From NCBI GenBank assembly GCA_013239625.1, contig MU055362.1, forward strand, positions 16,599,405 through 16,663,404: a DNA stretch of 64,000 nucleotides, given 5' to 3'. The translations under genes and the position numbers were made by a program. The notes beneath the pieces are model-generated. The model saw only the letters and a list, made by a program, of their open reading frames with translations, was not told where the DNA came from and did not search any database. The stretch comes from Lama guanicoe. Its lineage: Eukaryota. Positions 1 to 13,223 of this stretch are shown in pieces (the stretch's first letter is position 1; every line of letters starts with the position of its first letter).

Positions 1-59
1 AAAACACCCCCCTCCCCGCCCCATCCTGGCCCAAACTGCTGGGGGAAGAGGGGAGAGAG

Positions 60-460
60 AGGCTCGGCCCACCCAGCCCAGTTGGAGCGCTCCTCTGCCC
101 TCCCCTGGGACCTGCTGCATCCTGGAGCCCCGGCTTCTCTGCGAGATTCGCGGTCTCGCGCTCGCTGTCAGCCTTTTTCCCGCCCCCTCCCCGCGCATCA
201 GAAATATATTGTATTCTCACCTAATCCTGTTCAATTACAGCATAATAAAACACATAATAAAAACGTAATTCATTTTTCTCCCGCGACCCCCATCTCCGAG
301 CATCTTCTTGCTCGGGATTAAAAATTTGTCATCATGTTTGTGGCACCGCAGTCCCGGCGCCTCCGCATCTTTAATGTATGAGCCAGGGAGCTAGGGACCC
401 GCCAGTTCTGCAGTCTTCGCGCCGGGAAGGCGCCCGCCTGTCACCTGAGGATGCGGGTAG
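60..460. promoter_or_regulatory. Intergenic CpG island with an embedded AT-rich homeodomain-motif cluster
   Basis: CpG-rich flanks; TAATCC 222-227, CAATTA 232-237, CATAATAAAA at 241-250 and 253-262, GGATTA 316-321. Confidence 0.55.
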
Positions 461-1037
461 GGAAGGAGAGTGAAGCGTAGACCTGCATGGGGCCCCAGCA
501 GCATCCACCCTCTCCCTCGACCAGGATAAGGGGGTGAGAATCAAAGGAGCCCAGAGAGTGCATGTCTGTTCCTTCCAACAGACCCAGTGTAGTTTCCAGG
601 GGGCGCGGTGTAGAGCAGGTCTCTGGGAATTGAGAGTTAGGCTTTTACCAAGGAGACTGGGTTACCTAGTGCAACCCAGGTGGAGATGCAGAGCAGAGCC
701 AGTTAAGGAGGGGCCCTACTGTCCTCAGCCTCCATTCTCTCCTTTGCTTCTGATCTTCTGAGCCGGCCTGGCCAATACAGCTCTGGCTTCCAAGTTACCG
801 CCACCATCCACAGTCGCTAGGGACACTCTACCACCCTCTGATCACTTTGTGAACAACCTGGATCCCCAAACAAGGTTAGAACTCCCCAGAAGGAATTATT
901 AGGAATTCAATAAGAGACAATTTCCTACAAAGGCACAGTACCTAGTGAGTTTACAGAGGGGGAGGGAGGTCTTAGACCCAAATGCAACCTAGTGATAGGT
1001 TCCTTCCTTCATTTCTTCCATCATTCATTTATGGCAA

Positions 1038-1590
1038 GAGGTTCCCAAACTTTCTACATTCATGGACTCCTTAGTTTTTCAGTAATTTTTTTCACAGCAC
1101 CCTAGGCCAAAATAAATATCTAACAATTCCCTTTACTTAGGTCCAAACAACTTAGTATGTATTTACATCCTAACTCCTTTGTAGCTATTTGGAAAACTAA
1201 CACACATAAATTGGAAGAAAAAAGATAATATTTTTATATCATTCTTAACCTCTGTTACTTACTAATGGAATGTGTGTGCCTGTTGGGCTCTACATAACTT
1301 CTCAAAACTTGGAACCAGCTTGGATACTGCCACCAGTTCCAATTTCACACTGACTTTTGTGTAGTTCTTCCTTTTTGTCACAGCAAGCATTAAAAACCCA
1401 GTTCTGCAAATTCATCATTGAAAGTGATGTAACACTCTCTTTGAAACTGAACTACCTCAAGCTAGTAGTTTGTGTAGTGTCCAACAAATCTTGAGTACTC
1501 CTGGGTTTCCCTTAATATGTCCTGCGATAGTCCTAGGAGTTCACTGTGGCATTCTGGGGTGCCTCAGGATACAGTTTGGAAACTGCAGGT
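1038..1590. mobile_element. hAT-Charlie-type non-autonomous DNA transposon remnant
   Basis: Inverted ends GGTTCCCAAACT...AGTTTGGAAACT around an AT-rich interior. Confidence 0.6.
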
Positions 1591-2639
1591 TTAGGGGACC
1601 TACCTGGTTTCTTTAAGCAACAAGCCTTCTTAGTGGTCTTGGAAAGTTTGGGACAACTAAACAAAGGTCACCTGATTTGGCCAAAGGAAAAGAACTCAAA
1701 ACTTATCCACATCTCAGGGGTCAGATATAAGCAGGAAAGACTGACAGCCTGGAGGTTCAGGTGTTGGAAGCCAGCTTGCAGAAATGGGGCCCTGGAAGAA
1801 AGTCACCAGCAGTGACGAGCAAGTCTAGCAGAATGAACCAAACTTGAGTGTCTTGAGCAATCCTTCTAGGTATGTTGTGGAGGGGGAATGCTTAATACCA
1901 CCACTACCCAACACCACCACCCCACTGTGCCTTGGTACCCTGGAAAGGAGGTCTTGACAATGAAACTGTATCACCAGAGGCTTAAGAAACTCTGCTGTGG
2001 GGCCACTCAATAGTAATGGGACAAGACTTACATGACAGTGACTCCTTTCCAGTGTGCCTTAAATGATGGCAGCTCTGTGCCAGCCTCCAAGAGCGGCAGA
2101 GGTGGAGGGTAGGTGAACACCACAGAATTGGAAACAGTGGCTCCAATGACGTGTTAGACAGTCTTTCCCTGGGTTGTCCTGAATAAATGAATGTGGAATC
2201 CCTGAACCCCACCCGTATGTTGGTCCTACCATGTTAGCTTACTAACGCAGTCTTAGGTATTTACTAAAACATGTGTTATTATTGGTCCTATACATATGAT
2301 TCTCTCCCGTTTAAATGAACCTCCCACCCCAGGGCAGGCAGCATTAGGGATGCTGGAGAGGACTCCTGGAGAGACGGGGAAGAGGGAAAGCTGAGCTCCT
2401 TCTCTTGCCAGCTATCACATGTAGGGATGCATCCAGGGACAAGCTTCACTTTGCCTAGGGGACTTTTCAAGCCACACTACCCCTATGATTCTGAAATGCC
2501 TCCCTGGGAGAAATGCTTCCCATCCTCCAGGCTGAAAATCACTAAAGCTGTGAGCCATTGTTTCTTTTGTGGATATATCATATCTTTCAGGTTGGTTGAA
2601 GAGTAAAACAGATTGAAAATTGTTTAGCAAGCTAACTGA

Positions 2640-2850
2640 AGTTGGTTTTAGCTGTTACCTTAATGGTGGTGTCCATATACTCCAGTTGCTGAGGCCTCAG
2701 AGCTGCCTAGCTTCCTACCTTTTCTGCCTGATTGGTTAGCTACATCTCTGGCTCTGAGAGCTACTGCAGAATCCTTCCAATAAATCCCTCTATTTACTGA
2801 AGCTAGCCACAGTCATTCTCTGTTGCTTTCCATAAATAACTTCAATTATA
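2640..2850 (+). mobile_element. ERVL/MaLR-type LTR 3' fragment (LTR16/MLT1-like)
   Basis: CCTTCCAATAAATCCC...AAGCTAGCCACAGTC...CTGTTGCTT, typical of the LTR 3' end. Confidence 0.5.
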
Positions 2851-3339
2851 ACCCAAGCCAGTAGTGCTCCTTCTGGGAAATAAAAGTTGTCACTTGAGGA
2901 TTTGCTGGTGGGGAAGGTCTTCAGTCAGAAAATAATGTAGGTGGTTACCTGGATAATTTATAGATTAACATAGCAAACTCTTGTTCCATAAGCAAACACT
3001 TTACCCTGAAGGAGTTGTGTGTTGCTTGTCACAGGCACTGATGTTGTTTTCCTACTGGATGTATGGAGGCCGCGTATGTGTTTGTGTGTGCACGCGTGCG
3101 AATAGCCTAATTATACAGAGTTCCTCCCCAATTCTCCTGGTCTTTATTCAGTTGCAAAATGTTGCTGGTCTGAGAAGACTGGAAGGAGGATGCTGGAGAA
3201 GGCTGTGGCCTGAAGGTGAGGCTGCCAGTGAAGAAAAAGATGTGTGTATAAGAGAAGAGAGCAGCTCCAGAAGCTCTCTGGGGGAATGGTCCAACTGGGT
3301 CAAGATTCCTCCACAATTCCTAGCAAAAGGTTGCTTGGC

Positions 3340-3960
3340 ATCAGGACCTGAGATCACTGCGACGTGCGGGGAGACTGGCGGAGGAGACCGAGAGAGGTGC
3401 CTTGATCCCTGCCGAGCACAGGCTGTGTGCCTGCAGATGGGAAGGCACTCTGTTCGCCCAACAGCCCATTTCTACCCAGCGCCGGGCACAGAGCCACACT
3501 TAAACAGAGTTCACTGAATTGTGGGAGGCAAGGGCGGAATGACGGGGAGACGGCGGAAGGCGCATGAGGTAGGACCACCAGTCTCGGAAGCCGCTGAGAA
3601 AAATCCGGGCTAGGGACCCAGGAAGGGCCTCGCGTGGTTCCTGGAAAACCTCGCGTATTTCTGGGTAGGAAATCAAAGGGCGGGCACTGGGGCGCCCTTG
3701 GGTTTCGAAACTGAAAAGTAAGGAGGGGATTTGGCGGATTTAACGGTCAAGGACTGCGGTCACTACGGAAGCGGATCTGTGACGTATGTTCCAGGCTCAG
3801 GTAGGGGATATGAACTGCATTTTCTAAAGCCGTTACCTGGGAAACGGGAAGGAGGCGGAGCCAGCCGAACTGACTGACAGAGGCCACGTCAGGGGCGGGA
3901 CTCTGCTTCTCATTGGCTCTCTCTCCCGCGAGGGGCGTGGCTCACCCATGACTGACAGGC
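3340..3960. promoter_or_regulatory. Orphan CpG-island promoter-like element
   Basis: ETS 3766-3771, CRE half-sites 3780-3785 and 3883-3891, RFX X-box-like 3832-3845, TGACTGACAG at 3871-3880 and 3949-3958, GC boxes 3892 and 3932, reverse CCAAT 3912-3916. Confidence 0.65.
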
Positions 3961-5149
3961 CCTGGATGGGGGCTGACTTGAAAGGGACGAACTTGACTGG
4001 GAGAAAATGGGGCTTGGCTCCAACTCCTAGGACACCGGCTTAGGCTGGACTAGGCTAGTCTGATGGGTATGAGTCCACAGGACCGGAGCTAAAGCTGGCC
4101 CAAACTACTGTCTGTAATATGCCAGCCTCATTAGCCCTAGTGAGAGGGAAGGTCCCCTCCCTACGGCCAGGCTAAGTCAGGGCTCCAGACCCAAGACATT
4201 TTCTTCCTTAGAACGTGGGCCAGGAGAGAAGGATTGTAGTCTTTCTTATAATGAACAGGGTGGGCCCTGGAGCAGATGAGGCCAGGGAAGGCGAGGAAGG
4301 CCAAGTATGCAGATGCAGGTTCCCAGAGAAGGTTTCTGGAGTCTGAGCACTGGGAGGAAGAGAAGAGGCCCAAGAGTGGGGCAAATTACTTTCTTGTGAG
4401 AAAAGTGCTACCTCTGCCCAAATGCTGACTTTCAAGGAAAACGCCACGCATGTGGAAGCAGTTTGGAAAATGTATCTGGCTAGGATTTATCCCTAGATAA
4501 TCTGTGAAGTTAGCCTAAAGCTAACTTTTTTTTTTTTTTTTTCTTTGAGAAGCTGGTGTGGAATTAGGATGGAAAGATGGCTAGAAACAGCATTCCTTCT
4601 GACCCACTGGTGCCCTGGCCAATCTTATTTCTGATATGGTTTAGTGTTATCTGCAGAGATTTTGTTATAAAATGTTCCTAATGATTTTGTTTTACAGATT
4701 CCTGTACCTCATTCCCCAAGTGGGTTTATTTTACCTAGATTTTCCAGTAAAAGTGCAAGGCCTCTTTCTAAGGAGATTGCCAAAGGCCAAAGCTGTAACT
4801 GCAGAAAAGAGGCTTCAAGAATTGACCTGGGGCTCCAGTGGGCTTGGTGCTCCTCCTAAGGCACTGGTCCTACTGACAGAACAGGATGGAATTGAAACTG
4901 GTTATCTAAATGTCATCTCATATTTAATTGAGAATAGGAATATTTGCTTATGTGCCTTCAGCTATAAAACCCTCAAACTTGGAAACTCCTCAGTGGCTTC
5001 AGTAAAAGGTCTGTGTATACTTGTATGTTGTCAGCTTTGCTGGCCTGTAACCAAACTGGGCCCAGGGAGGAGATATCTTGGAGTGTTAAAGGGACTAGGA
5101 AAATGACCTCAAGTCTGGCAGGCAGCTGGCAGGTGAGGAAGAAGCCTAA

Positions 5150-5380
5150 CACAGTGGCTTCAGAGACACACAATTTGGCTTCAATCCTGGCTCCACCACC
5201 TTTAGTTGTGCAGCTGTTGGCAACTTTCTTAACATCTTTAAGCCTGTGTGCTTACTAAGAATGGACAAAACATGTTTGGCTTCACAAGGGTGGTTGTGGA
5301 GATCAAAAGAAATAATGGACGTAAAGCACTTGGCTTCACTTAGCCTGGCTCCACACAGAAGGGCTCAGTGAGCAGTAGCT
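5150..5380 (+). mobile_element. MIR SINE
   Basis: TTCAATCCTGGCTCCACCAC...CTTAAC...GGTTGTGGAGATCAAA...AAAGCACTT core. Confidence 0.6.
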
Positions 5381-6274
5381 GTGTCACCCCCACTAGCAGT
5401 GGCCCATACAGGTGAACTTCTACTTCCCAAGAGGAGCAAGTGAGCCCAGGCCAAGATAGCAAGTTCACTCAGGCTGCTGTAGGACCATTCAGCCCTAAAG
5501 ATTTCTCTCCTAGTGTGAGACCTTTGAGCTGAAAAAAGGGAGATGAGGGGTATTTCCTACAGGGAGTAGGGAATGGATTTTATTATAGATTCATCCATGT
5601 TTATTTTTTTGAACCTTCCAAAGCCAAGACTTAGGGTGAGAGAGGCAACCTTACACTGTTTAATACACTGTTTAATAGTAGCTCTCACCAGGAATACACA
5701 GGTGTGAACTTTGGACCTCTTTTTCCCAGAAAAAAGGGGGTTCCTAAGCAGGGAGGGGGTGGAGGGCCCTGGGATGGGGGAAGAGGTGTTAACTAGCAAT
5801 GGCCCCCACCAGGCTTGTTCCAGTATTGCATCATCAGTGAGGGTGTGGAGGGGTGCAGAGGTGTGCTGGCACCCTAACAACTTCTCTGATAAGACCTGGG
5901 CAGTGCTTAGCCCTCTCGCCTTCCTTTCCCAGAGGCTACCACCCCATGCCAGATGCCTGAGGGAACCAAGAAGCTCAAAGGCTGAGTTGGTTTGTAGGCA
6001 TGTGATCAGCCCCGCTAACGAAGATGTAAACGAAGTCAGGGCTCCAGCTGCTGAGAGAATATAAGATGGAGGCTTCCCCTCTACTTTAATACTGGGGTGC
6101 TGATTTTCTAATCTCAGCGCGCCCTCTGCTGGGTAATGAGGCTCTCTACAGAAGGGGAGGGAAGAGACTAAGACCTGGATTTCACTGGGGAGAGAAGGGA
6201 AGGCCGCAGGCAGGAGGCTCTTCTGGGCACCCAAGTGAAGTGGAATCAAGCGAAGATCAAGAAGTAGACAGGTT

Positions 6275-6313
6275 TTTATTTTATTGAGTAACAATGGCAC
6301 CATAGCATTTATT
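6275..6313 (-). terminator. Candidate SFXN3 poly(A) signals (proximal)
   Basis: AATAAA on minus strand at 6275-6280, 6280-6285 and 6308-6313; further distal copies at 5579-5605. Confidence 0.5.
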
Positions 6314-7554
6314 ACTGGTGACGGTTGGTTGAGGGGCAAGAAAGTGCTCTTAGGAGATCCCACTAGGGCCTTCACCCCACTACTTCAGCCAGAAGTCACA
6401 GGAGTTAGAGTCAAGGTCCAACTCCACACTCTGTAAGTTGACAAGCACATATTCATCATCAACCCCACCTCCCCTTTGGACTAGCCGCTGATGCCTGGGC
6501 CCTTCCTCCTCTTGGAGATGGGGGTAGGGGGAGGAACAGGGTCAAGTCTCAAGAAACAGAAGTAGCCAAGGTCAGGATTCTGCTGAATGTCTAACAAGGT
6601 CAATGGAACAAAAAAATCCCAAGCTTAAGACTACACTCAGAGCTTAGTTGCCCTTGAGGGTGTCCTAGTTACACCCACTCAGATACCTGTGGAGTTTAAG
6701 CACCATTCCCACAGCTGTGTCCCTCTGTAAGAGGGTGCAGTGGGGCTTTTAAAGGGGAATGCTTACTCTGCCTTCATGGCCATTTGATTGGGGGAGGGGG
6801 TTGGGATTGTAGGCTTCGATCTGAGATTATGACATCAGAGTGGACCAAGAACTCCCAGGATTGTGCTTAAAGATGCCCACACTGCAGTGTCGGGGAGTCA
6901 GGAAGATGTCAAGAGGAGTACAGGATACTGACACTCCTTTGTTCTGGTAGAGAAGAGGGGAGGAAATGGCCTATTCCAGGAAGAGATAAGCCCCCTGCCT
7001 TCCTTATCCTGACATGTCCTCCTCTGCCAGCCCAGTTCCTGCGTCAGCTTCAGAAGCCAGGAAGCAGACAGCTGAAGGATTCAGCCCAGTTTGGCCTACT
7101 AGTATCCCTGTCTCTGTCCTGAAATCCTGAGGCTCCTCCTGTATTCAGAAGGGGCAGGAACTCATCAGAAATGACTTGGCTGGTGGAACTGTTTGGGCAA
7201 GAAAGTCCTGTAGCCTAGCTGGCTGGCAGGTGGCAAGAGGCCAAGAAGGGAAGCCAGACATGAGGACATCCCAGGACATCATGTACACACACATACTACA
7301 TATGTACACCCATAGACACACTAGTGTGGGAGAAAAGGGATTATGTGGATTATGTGACCCTGCTCTTTGAAATCAGAGGAGAGAAAAGGCTTATGGGGTC
7401 ACCTCTCCTAGCCTAACAGGTTGCTGGTCTCAACGACTCCCCCACCAAGGCCCCTGCCCAGTATCACTCAGATGGGCAAGTGGCAGGGACAGCAAGGCTC
7501 CACTGAAGCAGCAGCCCAAGGAGGTGAGGGAGGGGGCCAGGGGCTAGCCCTCCC

Positions 7555-10500
7555 TCAAAGCCCCTTGTTGTAGTAAACCACTTCAATGCTGGGGTTCTGC
7601 TCACGGATCTGAGCTCTCAGCTCTGGCTCCAGCCTGCTCACATGTATGGAGCTGCAACAGAACAGCGCAGGCAGGCTGAGTGTCCCCCTGAGCCACCTCC
7701 ACCTCAGGCTAAGGGATCACCACCACTCCTCCCAGGCCACAGAGTCTTCTTCTTTGACTGCGAGAAGTCCTGGATCACTGTCATTCCCCCACCACCAGAT
7801 TAAGTTAAGCGTCTTCCAGGCCTCCTCTGGGAACTCACTGGAGGAACCTAAGATTAGCTGCTTCCTGAGATGGGGAAACCTGCCAAGCCAGGGGGCAGCA
7901 CTTACCTTTTCTGGGGGAAGAGGGCACAGCACAGGGGGGTGGCAAATACCAGGCTGGGGGAGAGAAGAGTGTTGGAAAGGTTTGTGAAGCTCTAATCTAA
8001 GGGTGTTCCCTCCCTGCACCCCACCCCACCTCTGGAGACAGCCCCTAGGGGTGGAGACTGATTAAAGCCAACGCTGACATTAGGTTCTGGCTGAGGAAAG
8101 AGCCTCCAGAACAGTGACCCAGAGCTCCACAGCCAGTGACATAATCAGGAATTCAATGTACAGGCAACTCCAGCATAGTCCAAAAAGGTATATTTCCATG
8201 GAGAAGGAAGACTAGAATCCCTTCGACTAGATTCTTCATCTTCAAGGACCAAGATCACCCCAACATATACAGTATGCCCAACAGGTGTCCATAACCCCTA
8301 CCAGCTGCAAGTATGAATGAATGGTGTATATAAACAACTTAAAAGCAATATTACCCACCCACAACCACCGTGGAAAGGACACTCCCACACACCCTAGCTA
8401 ACTAACTCCCTGCGCACTTACCAGAAGCCCACCAGTCCCACTTGCAGGGGAGCCCCCAACCAGGGGCGGCGCTGTGGGGAGACAGAGACATTGGAATAGT
8501 GTGTGTCCCGTGCCCCCCTCACCTCTACACATTCACCTACCAGGGCTCTATCCCAACAGCCTTGCCTTTGAGCCTCATTCATGGCCCTATTCTTTCTCCC
8601 AATCCCACAACAGGGTTGGGACCTCAAAATCACCACCCTCCACTCCAGTCAGGCCTGTTTACAGACACCCTCCTGCGTGTTCCACCACCCATTCTCATCT
8701 CAGAATTGCTTCCCACACTTCCTCCAGAAGCTGCTTTCTTCCAGAAGCCCCCTCTAGCCCTCTACTTCCTCCCTCCCATCACAGTGCATGAATCTGGCCC
8801 TTTCCAAACACATCTCCTGCTCTGCACCCCCTTCTCAATTAACTTTAGCCACAGAGACCACCATTCTGTTCCTCTAAGGTTCACGGTTGGTACTCAACAA
8901 ACATTTGCAAATATATGATTCAATGAATGAGCCAGAGCCTGGATTCCTGTGCCTTACTATCTGTCCTGTCATGCATGTGTGAGCCTGTGTGTGTGTGTGA
9001 ATGTTGTTCGCAAGCAAGGCATGAGCATGATACCAAGCATGACTCTGACAGTCCATCCCTATCAGCCAGGTCAGAGGCTTCTGGAGTGACACCAACTTCC
9101 TTCAGGACAGAAACCGTTTCTTTCCTTCCCTCATCTTCTGCACCCTCAGTGTTCCTTCGTTTCAGCCCAATTCATTCTTGCTGAATGAATGAAGGTGGAG
9201 GGGGTGGGGCAAAAAGGTAGGAAGCCTTAGACTTAGGTCAGGCTGGAGAGGGAGTTAGGGACTGGTCACTTCTGCCCTCAGTCACCACTACTTCCAGGAC
9301 ATGAGAGGTGAGAGACCTACCTTCAGGAAGTCTTTCTTCTCCAGGGTGTCCATGATCACGGGGGGAATGGCTAAGGGGAGAGCAGAGCAGGGAGGGAGGG
9401 AGTCACTGGAGAGAAAGTCAGGACCCTAAGGAAGAGGGGATCCCTTTTCCCAGCTCCTCCCACTCTCCCCCAGAGTCTTCTAGCTCCCAGAGTTCTCAAA
9501 ACCCCCAGACAATGACACTCCCTTCTCTTAGAGCCTCCTGTGCCCCACCAAGCCACCCCTGCCTCACCCATGGCAGGAATCGCCATGCAGATCCTTGATA
9601 TCACCACCTGGAAGATTCCTTGCTTGGCTGCAGACACCGAGTGGCCAAGCCTCTGACCCTCTTCATTGGTCACTGGGATGCCCACCTGCAGCTCCCTGAG
9701 AAGGGTGGTTGTCAGATCACACCTGCAATGCCTTCACAGGCAGCTAGTCCCTGGGGTCCCCTCAGACAGCCTAGATTCAAAGGCTGGTTCTCCCACCCCA
9801 GGATCCCAGCATCAGTCTGAGACATGGCCTAGCAGCTCTTGTGGTTGGCTGGGAGGCCTACATGCCCACTGAGTGTGCACATGCCAGGAGCCGGGGCAAC
9901 TCACCTCTGCCTCATCAGGGGGATGTTAATGCAGTTGGCAGCTGCCACAGCTGCAAAGGGTACAAATCTGCCAACCAGTGGGGGCAGATGCTGGGGGAGG
10001 AGAGATGTCATTTAGTGGCCCTAAGGGCCATGGGGTGGTGAGGAACTCTGAGGAGATATATGGGGAGCCTGTAGGTTGGGATGGAGGAGCAACAGGGAAG
10101 AAGGAAGCAGATAAAGGGTGAGTTGGGGGCAGTGGAATGGGAAGGCATTTACCTTGGTGAGGGATTTGAGTCCCAGGGCCGTGGCCACAGCCCCGGTGGT
10201 GGCACTCACATAAGCTGTTCCCAGCTGCCTGTGGGAGGAAGAGCCAGGACACAAGGGGAAAGGTGAATAGTCCAGCATGTGGTTCTTTCCTTCAGGGACA
10301 TGCCAACTCTTCAATGTATGAGGCGTGGGAGGATGGCCTCATGGCAGGGGAATGTCTCCTCTGCTCCAGTGCAGTCTTGTCTGGAAGCCCCAGTCCCTCC
10401 CCTGGAAGAGAAGTGGGTCCCCCCAAAGCATACATACAAAGACCCCATGCCCTCAGCCAGGCCAGGAAAGTGAGGGGGGCGGGCTGAGAGGAGAGCGCTG

Positions 10501-11975
10501 GAGCCACAGGCTGCCCGGCCCTCAGGGAACAGGAGCTAATAGGAGAGAGCAAAGGAGGGAAGGGAGAGAAGTTCCTGGGAATGAGCTCTCACCCAACAGT
10601 GATGGGAGCATCACCACTGCGATTGGAGTAGTTAACGATGGCATTGAAGGACTGATTCACCCACTGCCAGAACACCACGGTTGGGGTCTTCCTGAGGGAA
10701 CAAAGACACTTCTATCATGTCCCTCCCCAGTAATAAAGCCCCAAAGATTATCCCCAAACCCTCAGGACGGGCCCTGTTGATGATCTTAGAACTTGCTCTG
10801 GTGACCCCTGCATGACCTTCCCTACACAAACACATCCATTGTCTCTGGAGCTGAGTCCTGAGGAATGGAAGGGATTCTAACACAAGCTCTCACCACCCAC
10901 TGGCCCAGAGAGGAAGTGCCCAGTCATCAAGTTATGCTCTAGCTTGGACAGAGCGCCCAGGGAGGAGATACACAGGATAGGANNNNNNNNNNNNNNNNNN
11001 NNNNNNNNNNNNNNNNNNNNNNNNNNNNNNNNNNNNNNNNNNNNNNNNNNNNNNNNNNNNNNNNNNNNNNNNNNNNNNNNNNNNNNNNNNNNNNNNNNNN
11101 NNNNNNNNNNNNNNNNNNNNNNNNNNNNNNNNNNNNNNCTGGCGTCACCACGCCGGACCTGCAGAGGTTGGCAAGGAGCAGACAGGCAATTCTAGTTAGC
11201 ATATCCGCCCCTCCCACGCCCTGCCCACCCAGCTCAGGGTAAGTCTGGGCAGAGGACCAAGCACGTTGGCCTCCAATCTCAGGATAAAAGAGTTCCTTGT
11301 CTCTGGGGAGGAAGCAAATCTTCCCAGAAAGTTGGGAGGCAAGTTTGTTTCCCTTCAAGCCACAGGGAGACAGATGCCCTTCTATTTCTGCCAAAACACT
11401 AAGTCATGGGTAGTGGTTGTTTCCAATCGATCAAAAATGGCTAGAGGTGTTGCAAGGGTTTTTCCTCCTGGAGACAAGGGGGCTGCCGTCCCACCTCCTT
11501 GGGACCCAACTTTGAGCCTCTCTGTCCTTGCAGAGGGTGGCCCAGCAGTGGGACAGATTCCTATAGAGCGTTTGTGAAGCACAGAACAGCCCCCTACCCA
11601 TAAATATCAACACCACCTCCTCAACCCAAACAGCCTGAAATCCCCTGGGATACAGTTCTGTACTCCAGTTGTCTGTGGTTCCAACAGACAGGGCCAGACA
11701 GTTAGGGGGTGGAGGAGTGGAACAGGGTCACACTCAAGTGAGGGGAAACAGGTGCAAAAGTACTGTATTAACGGTAAGGAATGAGACCCTGGGGCAGATG
11801 GGGTCCGCAGTCACCTGTAGTTCTGCACGATGTTCCGGGAAGCTTCCAGCTGTGCCCCAGACAGCAGAAGATTTCGGGGATCGGTCACAGTGAAGAAGTG
11901 CCGGGCTCTGCCCAGGAAAGTGCTTTGGTCCCAGCGAGGTTCCTGGATATTGATATCTAAGGGCAACTCACCCAT
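7555..11975 (-). CDS. SFXN3: Sideroflexin-3, mitochondrial inner-membrane carrier (about 321 aa, 10 coding exons)
   Basis: Exons: 11815-11975 ([20 protein letters not shown]), ~10988-11158 (mostly in N gap; far end inferred from a 171-nt human exon), 10593-10691, 10153-10228, 9905-9990, 9568-9695, 9321-9370, 8422-8471, 7906-7953, 7555-7651 (ends VYYNKGL*). Visible junctions are GT-AG with consistent phases; total 966 nt. Confidence 0.96.
10983..11138. other. Assembly gap (N run) covering most of SFXN3 coding exon 2
   Basis: N run; exon start RSGVVTP visible at 11139-11158. Confidence 0.95.
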
Positions 11976-12968
11976 TTCCTGCAGGGCAGGGACCAGAGTA
12001 AGAGGACTCCAAGTAGGGGATCCAAAGGCTCCACATGGGGGAGACTTTAGTGGCCCTACCCTGGTCCCTGGGCCTATTATTGCCAATCCCTTCTAGAGCT
12101 CAAGGTGACTCCAGATAGGTAAGCAAGGGGTTGGGGGAGAGGAGGAGCTGTTTTCTAGGCAATGTCCCCGCCCAGGGACCTGCAGCCACTGGAGGAAGGG
12201 ACAGGGAAAAACAGAGCCAGGGAAATAGACATCCTTGCTCTCTGGCCTGATGCAGCTTTTCACGAATGAGCATTTACATGTGTGTGGTTGATGCATGAGA
12301 AGCAACTAATCCCATGCAGCTACTCGTGTGCTCTGATGCATAAAAACACTGATTATATTCATTACACATCTATGTTCATGCCAGCTTTAGGCCCCAGCTG
12401 CCCTAAGACCTACATACAAACCCTCAAGGCTGTTTGGGAAGATGGCATAGGCCATCCTACACTCCAGGCCCTGATTGGAGGAGACCAAGGCCTCATTGAC
12501 CACTCCAGGGCTTATTTATTCCAGATTTATTCAAACAGGGGATGCTGATGCCAGCCAGCCAGGTGTGCTTATGGGCACAAGTCCCCTCTCCAGACCCATA
12601 TTCCTCCACCCACACTGAATGGTCCAAGGCTCTCCTTGTTCTCCAGCTGGGAAGGGCTGGCAAAGACACCCATCCACCTATTCCTGAGCCACCTGCCTCT
12701 CAAAGAGCAAGCTTCAGTAAATGACCCCTCCACTCAGCACAGAGAGAAAGCCTGAAGCAGCCATCTGGCCATGTTGGGCAAAATCCTACAGAATGACTAA
12801 TCCTCTCCAACCACACTTCCTCCCTCACAGGCAGACACACCCTCCTCTCTCTCCACACACTCACATTCACATACCCACACACAAAGACATCATTATACAT
12901 TCCCTACACATACATACAAACGAGGTGGACACACCCTGCATACACTGGCACACAAAGACTGTTACTTG

Positions 12969-13002
12969 CACACACACACACAACACACACACACACACAC
13001 AC
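12969..13002. repeat. (CA)n microsatellite
   Basis: Interrupted CA run in SFXN3 intron. Confidence 0.85.
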
Positions 13003-13223
13003 ATTAGCTGTAGACACTTGAAGTTGTGACCACACAGAGCCCCACCCTGGCCTTCCCTCCCCAACCAACCTTCCCTCGTGCCCCATGGACCTCCCTAAAG
13101 CAGCGGATACTGAATCCCACAGGACAGGGAGCACACTTCAAAGGCAGCATCCTTCTCCGACTCCCAGCCCTCAACCCCCTACTCCCCAGACTCCCAACCT
13201 CGCCTGGCACAGCGAGCACTCAC

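Noticed and set aside
1-460. Calling this CpG island the KAZALD1 promoter
   Set aside because: No KAZALD1 coding sequence is in the window and the syntenic distance seems too short; treated as an intergenic island.
2981-3517. 178-aa plus-strand ORF with a candidate 65-nt exon at 3152-3216
   Set aside because: TTG start, contains a TG low-complexity tract, no recognisable homology.
5557-6375. 272-aa minus-strand ORF
   Set aside because: Non-ATG start, lies in the SFXN3 3' UTR region, no recognisable domain; likely chance.
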